From Candidatus Zixiibacteriota bacterium (lineage in GTDB: Bacteria; Zixibacteria; MSB-5A5; GN15; FEB-12), in contig CP070674.1 of NCBI GenBank assembly GCA_020351995.1, positions 3,226,007 through 3,290,006 on the forward strand: 64,000 bases of DNA. Direction: 5' to 3'. Under the pieces are notes generated by a model that saw only the letters and a program-made list of their open reading frames with translations, made no database searches and was not told the DNA's origin. The translations under genes were made by a program, and so were the position numbers. Shown here piece after piece: positions 57,544 through 64,000 of the stretch. How positions within the stretch are numbered: the stretch's first letter is position 1; every line of letters starts with the position of its first letter.

Positions 57544-58623
57544 CTAATTCTTCTTTTTGAACTCTTCCATGAATCGGGCCAGCTTTTCAGCGCCTTCGAG
57601 GGGCATGGCGTTGTAGAGCGAAACCCGAATGCCACCGACAGAGCGATGGCCCTTGAGGCCGACCATACCGGCGGTCTTGGCTTCAGCGATGAATTTCTTT
57701 TCCAGATCTTCGCTGGGCAACCGCATGGTAATATTCATCCAGCTACGGCTACCAGGTTGAACCGTTCCTCTGAAGTAATCTGGATGTTGATCCATCAACT
57801 GGTAAATGCGCTCCTTCTTGGCCATGTTTGCTTTTTCGACGGCGTGAAGTCCCCCCTGCGTTTTCACCCATTCGAGGACCACTTTCACGATGTAAATCGG
57901 GAAAGCCGGCGGCGTGTTGTAAAGCGACTTCTTCTCGGCATGGGTCCTGTAGTTAAACATGGTCGGATTACCTTCGGCGCACTTGTCGAGCATGGTCTGT
58001 TTGATAATGACCACCGTCACCCCGGCCGGACCGAGATTCTTCTGGGCACCGGCGTAGATCAGGTCAAACTTGTTGAAATCCCAGCGGCGCGAGGCGATGT
58101 CCGAAGACATGTCGCACACCAGCGGCACGCCGCCGGTATCGGGATAAGCCTGGTACTGGGTGCCGTAGATGGTATTGTTCGAGGTGAGGTGCAGGTAAGC
58201 GGCATCACCCGGTATATCGAGCTTGTCGGGAATATGGTCGTACTTCGACTCCTTCGATGAACCGGCCAGGTGAACATTGCCGAGAAGTTTGGCCTCTTTG
58301 ATGGCTTTGCTCGACCACGAGCCGGTATCGACGTAGGCGGCCGTACCGCCTTTCGGGAGAAAGTTCATGGGTACCATGGCAAACTGGGTCGAGGCGCCAC
58401 CCCCCATAAAGAGCACGTGACAAGAATCATCGAGCTCCAGAATCTCTTTGAACAGAGCGATGCAGGTGTCGTTGATCTCATCGAACTCGGCCGACCGGTG
58501 GGAAATTTCCATGACCGACATACCCGTGCCTTTATAATCGAGCAACTCCTGCTGGACCGTTTTGAGAACATCCAGCGGCAGGGTCGCCGGTCCCGGATTA
58601 AAATTGAAAACTCTATTCGCCAT
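57544..58623 (-). CDS. serC: Phosphoserine aminotransferase
   Basis: FNPGPA.LP, EISHRS, GGAS.QF, AGAQKNLGPAG, YNTPP, GHRSVGG.R.SLYNA. Confidence 0.97.
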   Translation of the reverse strand: MANRVFNFNPGPATLPLDVLKTVQQELLDYKGTGMSVMEISHRSAEFDEINDTCIALFKEILELDDSCHVLFMGGGASTQFAMVPMNFLPKGGTAAYVDTGSWSSKAIKEAKLLGNVHLAGSSKESKYDHIPDKLDIPGDAAYLHLTSNNTIYGTQYQAYPDTGGVPLVCDMSSDIASRRWDFNKFDLIYAGAQKNLGPAGVTVVIIKQTMLDKCAEGNPTMFNYRTHAEKKSLYNTPPAFPIYIVKVVLEWVKTQGGLHAVEKANMAKKERIYQLMDQHPDYFRGTVQPGSRSWMNITMRLPSEDLEKKFIAEAKTAGMVGLKGHRSVGGIRVSLYNAMPLEGAEKLARFMEEFKKKN

Positions 58624-58660
58624 TTTATGCCTCTTCTAAACTATATGTTTACGCATGCCG

Positions 58661-59545
58661 TTACTTCTTGTTCTTCACATAATCAGCTATCAGAACCTCG
58701 ACGATATGTCCGATCCTGAGCATGTTCTCCTTGCTTGACGCGCCCAGGTGCGGGGCGAGGAGGGTATTGGGAGCACTGAGTATTGGTGATGACGGGTCCG
58801 GGGGATCCGAAAGCCAGACATCGGTGGCGTACCCGGCCAGCTTACCACTCTTGAGGGCCTCGGCTACGTCTTCTTCGACAATACATCCGCCGCGCCCGGT
58901 GTTGATCAGGTAGGCACCATCTTTGAAAAGAGCCAGGGTTTTCTTGTTTATAATCCCCTTCGTGTCGGGCAGCAGCGGCATATGTAGAGAGACATAGTCC
59001 GACTGCTTGACGGCCTCCTCCATGGTCGGGATGATCTCCGCGAAGTCGGTGAAGAAGACGTCGGGGTGCCACCCGATCACGCGCATGCCGAAAGCTCTGG
59101 CCCGCGCCGCGAGCGACAATCCGATACGCCCCAGGCCCAGAATGCCCAGGGTTTTGCCCAGCAACTCGGTGCGTTTGAGCTCTTTCTTTATCCATTTCCC
59201 CTCTCGCATGGACGCATCGGCCCGGGCGATGTGGTTCGGCAGGGCGATTATCATTGCGAATGCCAGCTCGGCTACGGCCACGGTAGAAGCCTCGGCCGTG
59301 TTTGCCACGCGAATATTTTTCTCACGCGCATATACTTGATCAACATTGTCCAGGCCCACGCCGCCGCGGATGATGTACTTCAGATTCAGGGCACCATCGA
59401 TGTACTCCCTGGTCACTTTGGTCTTGCTCCGAATGAGCACTATTTCGGCCTCGGCCACCCTACTTTTGTCATCGGTAACCTCGCCGTACCTGGACAATTT
59501 GTCCGGGAGCGTGGCATCGAAAGCGTCGGAAATGAGTATTAGCAT
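58661..59545 (-). CDS. serA: D-3-phosphoglycerate dehydrogenase (short form, no ACT domain)
   Basis: RGGVGLDNVD, GLGRIG, INTGRG, PHLGAS; located between DUF1015 and serC. Confidence 0.8.
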   Translation of the reverse strand: MLILISDAFDATLPDKLSRYGEVTDDKSRVAEAEIVLIRSKTKVTREYIDGALNLKYIIRGGVGLDNVDQVYAREKNIRVANTAEASTVAVAELAFAMIIALPNHIARADASMREGKWIKKELKRTELLGKTLGILGLGRIGLSLAARARAFGMRVIGWHPDVFFTDFAEIIPTMEEAVKQSDYVSLHMPLLPDTKGIINKKTLALFKDGAYLINTGRGGCIVEEDVAEALKSGKLAGYATDVWLSDPPDPSSPILSAPNTLLAPHLGASSKENMLRIGHIVEVLIADYVKNKK

Positions 59546-59561
59546 AATTACACCTTTCACT

Positions 59562-60806
59562 CTATTCATTCAAGAGATTCACGACCATACCGCTGCGCAA
59601 CTTGGGCTCAAACCAGGTTGACTTGGGCGGCATGACCTGACCGGCGTCGGCAACATCCAGAAGCTGGCCGATTGTCACCGGATACATGGAAAACGCAACT
59701 TTATATTGATTGCTGTCAACCAGCTTGACGAGCTCGGTAACTCCCCTGATGCCGCCCACGAAGTCGATGCGGTCATCGGTCCTGAGATCCTTGATGTCGA
59801 GAATGGGCTCCAGGAAGTTCTTCGTCAGGACGGCCGAGTCGATAGACTGCACCGGATCTTCGGCGTCGAAGGTGCCGCTTTTTACGGTAAGCAGACGCCA
59901 TTTGCCGTCAACATACATCCCGATGTCATGATTGTTTTGAGGAATTACCGGGCCATCTTGAAGCTCAACGGTGAAGGTCTCTTCGGTCCGGGCAATAAGC
60001 TCCTCAACGCTCAGCCCATTGAGATCCCTGACGACCCGATTGTAGGGAAGGATGCGCAGTTCGTCGCCGGGGAACATAACATTAAGGAAGAAATTGTAAA
60101 TTTCCTGCCCGGAATAGCCGGGATTTTGCTCTCTCATGCGGCGACACACTTCCGAGGCCGACTGCGACCGATGGTGCCCATCAGCGACGTAGAACGCATC
60201 CATGCCGGCGAAGGCCCCCACAATCGACGCTATCGATGCATCGTCGTCAATCACCCACAGTTCGTGCCGGACATTGTCGACCGCAAGAAAATCCACCTGA
60301 GGCGGCGGCGAGGACAGCTTTTCAAAAATCTTCTTGATATCGGCGGTTTGCCTGAAAGTCGTGAATACCGGTCCCACCTGGGCTTCGAGCGCCATAATGT
60401 GGTTGGCCCGATCATTGACCTTGGCCGGGCGGGTGTGCTCATGCTTTTTGATCAGGCCCCGGTCATACTCATCGACCGACGCCAGGGCGACCAGGCCGGT
60501 CTGACTGCTACCCTGCCAGGTCAAGCGATAGAGATACAAGCAGGGTTTTTGATCACGAATCATAATCCCGTCGTCTATTAACCGCTGGAGATTCTCCCGT
60601 CCCTTTTTGTATACTTCCTCGCTATAGACGGGTGTTCCCGGGGGGAAGTCGACCTCTGATTTGTTTACTCGCAGAAAAGAATTGGGGTTATCTTTGACCA
60701 GCTCCCTGGCCTCGTCGCTGCTGAGGACGTCATAGGGCGGCGAGGCGACTTCACGGGCATGTTCCGGTTTCGGTCTCAACCCTCGAAACGGGCGCACCAC
60801 AGACAC
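59562..60806 (-). CDS. DUF1015-family protein
   Basis: PPYDV, IKKHE.T, YVADGHHRSQSA, MPPKSTWFEPKLRSG. Confidence 0.9.
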   Translation of the reverse strand: MSVVRPFRGLRPKPEHAREVASPPYDVLSSDEARELVKDNPNSFLRVNKSEVDFPPGTPVYSEEVYKKGRENLQRLIDDGIMIRDQKPCLYLYRLTWQGSSQTGLVALASVDEYDRGLIKKHEHTRPAKVNDRANHIMALEAQVGPVFTTFRQTADIKKIFEKLSSPPPQVDFLAVDNVRHELWVIDDDASIASIVGAFAGMDAFYVADGHHRSQSASEVCRRMREQNPGYSGQEIYNFFLNVMFPGDELRILPYNRVVRDLNGLSVEELIARTEETFTVELQDGPVIPQNNHDIGMYVDGKWRLLTVKSGTFDAEDPVQSIDSAVLTKNFLEPILDIKDLRTDDRIDFVGGIRGVTELVKLVDSNQYKVAFSMYPVTIGQLLDVADAGQVMPPKSTWFEPKLRSGMVVNLLNE

Positions 60807-60950
60807 AGACTTTCCTCTCTTTCAGACTAACATTCGGAGCTATTTCACCTAAGTACTGCAATAATGTCATGCAATTAATCCATTCCCCGCCCGGGTGTCA
60901 ACGGCTTAATGCCAAAATCGGTGTGGTTGAGAAATTGACACGACTGCAAA

Positions 60951-60980
60951 GAAAAAGGCCGGCGAGCGCCGGCCTTTTTC
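60951..60980. terminator. Intrinsic terminator after the H1/SWIB gene
   Basis: GAAAAAGGCCGGC-GAGC-GCCGGCCTTTTTC perfect inverted repeat. Confidence 0.9.
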
Positions 60981-60998
60981 GAATCAACCTTTCCCGGG

Positions 60999-61658
60999 CT
61001 ATTTCATATGCCTGGCGACCAGTTTGGTCATCTCAAACATATTAACCTTACCCTTACCTCCGAAGACCTTCTTCAGTTTGGCGTCGGCATTGATCATCCG
61101 ACGATTGACCGTGTCCTGAAGCTTGTTCTTCTTGATGTAAGCCCAGAGCTTTCTGGTCACTTCAGTCCTCGGGATGGGCTTGGAACCCACGACAGCGCCG
61201 AGATCCGCCGAGAGCGTCATCGGACGCATGAAAGCCGGATTCGGTTTACGCTTGGCTTTTTTCTTGGCGGGTTTCCTTTTTGCGGCCTTGCGTGGTTTCG
61301 CCTTGCGGGCAGTCGCTTTCTTTTTGGGAGCAGCCTTCTTCTTCTTAGCGACTTTCTTCTTCGCTACTTTTTTCTTGGCCGGTTTCTTCTTAGCGACTTT
61401 TTTCTTGGCCGGTTTCTTCTTGGCTACTTTTTTCTTGGCCGGTTTCTTCTTAGCGACTTTTTTCTTGGCCGGTTTCTTCCTGGCCACTTTTTTCCTGGCC
61501 GGTTTCTTCTTGGCGACTTTCTTCTTCTTGGCGGCTTTCTTCTTGGTCGTCGCCTTCTTCTTCTTCGGCGCCGCTTTCTTCTTCCTGGCGGGCTTCTTAG
61601 CTGCTTTCTTCTTAGGCGCAGCTTTCTTCTTCGCCTTCTTCTTCTTCGCTACTGGCAT
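60999..61658 (-). CDS. Histone-H1-like Lys/Ala/Pro-rich protein fused to a C-terminal SWIB/MDM2 domain
   Basis: ATG 61658 with AGGAG RBS; about 140 aa K/A/P tail; SWIB: NPAFM.P..LS..L..VVG..P.PRTEV..KLW.YIKKN.LQD..N.R.INAD. Confidence 0.92.
   Translation of the reverse strand: MPVAKKKKAKKKAAPKKKAAKKPARKKKAAPKKKKATTKKKAAKKKKVAKKKPARKKVARKKPAKKKVAKKKPAKKKVAKKKPAKKKVAKKKPAKKKVAKKKVAKKKKAAPKKKATARKAKPRKAAKRKPAKKKAKRKPNPAFMRPMTLSADLGAVVGSKPIPRTEVTRKLWAYIKKNKLQDTVNRRMINADAKLKKVFGGKGKVNMFEMTKLVARHMK
61351..61530. repeat. Six tandem 30-bp units encoding the PAKKKVAKKK decapeptide
   Basis: For example GGTTTCTTCTTAGCGACTTTTTTCTTGGCC, identical at 61381 and 61441. Confidence 0.95.
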
Positions 61659-61860
61659 TCTGTTGCTCCTTAGCATTAAGGGTTGGTTTGTTATAAAAAT
61701 TTTTTAGAGAGATATTTCCCTCTTAAAAAGCGCATTGTTCACTGTAAAAATACGACTATTTTGAAAATATTGGCAAGAAAAATCTAACAGAAACAGTCAA
61801 AAAAGTGCAGTTTTTTCAGGGGGGAAAAATGACATCCCGGCCGGTTCTCAGAGGGGAAAA

Positions 61861-63057
61861 TCAGGCTTTTCGTAACTCGAGCACAGGCGCCTCAGCCGGA
61901 CATCCCAGACGGAACGGAAACCAGTGCCCCACTCCCGACGACGTGTAAAGATGGCTCTGTTTAATCCGGTAATGTCCCCACAGGTAACGCTCGGGCCACA
62001 CCGACTCGAACAGAGATCGACCGTCCAAGCCTACCTGTCCCCCATGAGTGTGTCCGGAGAGAGTGAGAGCCACGCTCCGGTCGGCCGCGTAGTCGAAGGC
62101 ATTCGGTCGATGGCTCATCATTATGATAAAATCATCCTGGTTGGTACCGTCGAGGGTCTCGTCGAGGTCTTCGTCGAAGAGTCCGTAGTCCCTTACTCTC
62201 ATCAACATCGGGTCGTCAATTCCCCCTATGAAAACGGGCGTGTCACCCCGTTTCAGACGGATTCCGTCATTGACGAATAACTGTACCGATGATCGCCCGA
62301 AGGCTCTTATAACGTCACTGAGCCCTCTGAAATACTCGTGATTACCGAGGCATCCATACCCTCCCAGAGGACAGTTCAACTCACCGATGAGCCGGAGAGC
62401 ATCGGGCAGCACCCTGAGATCGTCGGCAACATCACCGGTCACGAGGACGATATCGGGTTCATGGGGCCGGGCGGCCTCAAGTACATCGGTCAGGTCATCC
62501 AGACCCACGTAGTGTCTGAGGTGGATGTCAGTGATATGCAGAATCTTCAGGCCGTCGAGGTCCTCAGGTAGGTCGTCAATTGGAATCGGTCGTCGGTAGA
62601 CCCGCGCCCCGGCCATCGCCGAGGCGACACCGACTCCGCCGGCCGCCAGCGTGGCCAGCGGTATGATGGCGGCGCTGGTCTTGAGAAAGAGCCGACGGCG
62701 GTGATCAACAACTGCGGATTTCCCGCGAAGACCTCTCTTACCCAGCCAATCAAAGACGCGGTTGACCAGATGAATTATTCCCGACACGGGCAACGACAGA
62801 GTCAGCGCCACCTCGAGAATGAATGCCAGTACAGCGATAATCGCCCCGGGATAGGCCAGCCAATCCACGCGGCTATATTCACCGTATCCCCACAACACAA
62901 CCGATACCGCCCCCGAGGCAGGCAGGGTCCAGGCCGCCATCCTCACCCAGCGTTTCTGCCACCACTCCCTGTTGAGAAACCTCAAAAAGAGTAGCTGAAC
63001 GACGCCGAAAATGAATATCAGAATTATAGCGAATATTACGGGGAAGAGACTGCGCAT
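61861..63057 (-). CDS. Membrane-anchored calcineurin-like metallophosphoesterase (YkuE-like)
   Basis: TDIH, TGD, GNHE, SHRP, SGHTHGGQ, GAP-like RLGCPAE. Confidence 0.92.
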   Translation of the reverse strand: MRSLFPVIFAIILIFIFGVVQLLFLRFLNREWWQKRWVRMAAWTLPASGAVSVVLWGYGEYSRVDWLAYPGAIIAVLAFILEVALTLSLPVSGIIHLVNRVFDWLGKRGLRGKSAVVDHRRRLFLKTSAAIIPLATLAAGGVGVASAMAGARVYRRPIPIDDLPEDLDGLKILHITDIHLRHYVGLDDLTDVLEAARPHEPDIVLVTGDVADDLRVLPDALRLIGELNCPLGGYGCLGNHEYFRGLSDVIRAFGRSSVQLFVNDGIRLKRGDTPVFIGGIDDPMLMRVRDYGLFDEDLDETLDGTNQDDFIIMMSHRPNAFDYAADRSVALTLSGHTHGGQVGLDGRSLFESVWPERYLWGHYRIKQSHLYTSSGVGHWFPFRLGCPAEAPVLELRKA

Positions 63058-63192
63058 ATCATTTCTCAGTTAACACCGGCCGACCCTTTATCACAATATA
63101 CGCCCTCGACGAGACCGGCATCGGATTTTATTGAACATTCGAGAGACGCCCCTGATGTGGGCGGTGTCGGGTTGTCGGCCCCAACGACGTAT

Positions 63193-63999
63193 CTACTTCC
63201 GCCAAACAGCTGGCCTCAGGATAATCAGCACAGTGAAAATCTCCAACCGTCCGAGGAGCATCGACAAAACCAGTATCCATTTTCCGGGGATAGGAATCCA
63301 GGCATAATTCTCGGTGGCTCCTATTCCGGCCAGACCGGGCCCGATGTTCCCGATAGTCGCGATAGAGCAGGCTACGGCCGTGGTCAGGTCAGGTACGAAG
63401 AGGACCATCAGCCCGGCTGTCAGAATGAACAATCCGACGAACAGGGCCACAAACGAGACCACGTTAATGATCCGTCGGTCGTCAACAGCTTCGTCACCGA
63501 CCTTCACCGGCGAAACGAGGCGCGGCTGAGTCAACTTTCGAAGCTCATTGAAGGCGATCTTGCCGACCATCATAACCCGGATCATTTTCATGCCACCCCC
63601 GGTAGATCCCGCGCATCCACCGAAAAACATCAGCAATACCAGCGAGAAACGGATGAAGTCGGGCCAGAGGTCAAAATCGGCCGTCGCGAAACCCGTAGTC
63701 GTGATTATCGCCAGGGCCTGGAAGCTGGCAGACCGGAAGCTGTCGTAGAGCGAACCTACCTTTTCGTTTTCGGAAGCATAGTGTTCGGCGAACATCTCCT
63801 CCGACATCGGCTGGTTACGATAGCTTTCCCGCGCCTCTTCGAACGATGCCGGGCCGTGGATATACAGGATACCGGTGAAAACGACGATAGTCAGGACTAT
63901 CACCCAGGCATAGAAACGAAACTCCCGGTTTTTGAGAAGCGACCCGAAATCACCCCGGAGGGCCCTGAAATGCAGCAGGAAATTGATCCCGGCGAAGAA
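63193..63999 (-). CDS. trkH: Trk potassium uptake membrane protein (5'-truncated by window edge)
   Basis: Frame is open to 63999 (FFAGINF...); TTGFAT, GGCAGSTGGG, GNIGPG, GRLE. Confidence 0.95.
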   Translation of the reverse strand, partial: FFAGINFLLHFRALRGDFGSLLKNREFRFYAWVIVLTIVVFTGILYIHGPASFEEARESYRNQPMSEEMFAEHYASENEKVGSLYDSFRSASFQALAIITTTGFATADFDLWPDFIRFSLVLLMFFGGCAGSTGGGMKMIRVMMVGKIAFNELRKLTQPRLVSPVKVGDEAVDDRRIINVVSFVALFVGLFILTAGLMVLFVPDLTTAVACSIATIGNIGPGLAGIGATENYAWIPIPGKWILVLSMLLGRLEIFTVLIILRPAVWRK

Positions 64000-64000
64000 C

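Noticed and set aside
61008-61707. Phe/Leu-rich plus-strand ORFs of 221 and 177 aa that look like membrane proteins
   Set aside because: They are the reverse complement of the Lys/Ala repeat gene; the hydrophobicity is an artefact of AAG/AAA codons.

Overview
A 64-kb stretch of bacterial chromosome. No transposase, integrase, phage gene, CRISPR array or rRNA was seen. Gene content (PorV/PorQ-family protein, T9SS-type C-terminal domains, TonB-dependent receptor, dockerin-tailed secreted proteins) points to a diderm FCB-group lineage outside classical Bacteroidota; candidate division Zixibacteria is my inference and was not verified. Layout: (1) 1-15.2 kb, a surface-polysaccharide locus with glycosyltransferases, a carbamoyltransferase plus SxtJ-like protein, Ugd, and an unusual NadE-like / ACP / AMP-ligase / NadE-like cassette. 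(2) 15.3-22.6 kb, a TonB receptor / 1084-aa CTD protein / PorV-like operon. (3) tRNA-Glu, pruA, and three tandem mosaic secreted dockerin proteins sharing an exact 105-bp repeat. (4) A probable pseudokinase, lon-engB-purA-FKBP, tRNA-Lys and asnS. (5) An ECF sigma / zinc anti-sigma / MMPL / LolA-like / beta-barrel module with a duplicated promoter-like motif. (6) murQ, lipoproteins, EamA, a divergent DprA, YigZ, PfkB, PAP2 and a macrodomain protein. (7) A minus-strand run DUF1015-serA-serC-methyltransferase-spt-GNAT, a probable ceramide synthesis pair next to serine synthesis. (8) A histone-H1-like / SWIB fusion, a metallophosphoesterase and partial trkH. Several intergenic regions carry promoter, structure and terminator signatures of unannotated RNAs; the best case is 48570-48811. 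All family calls come from motif recognition by eye, with no database searches.
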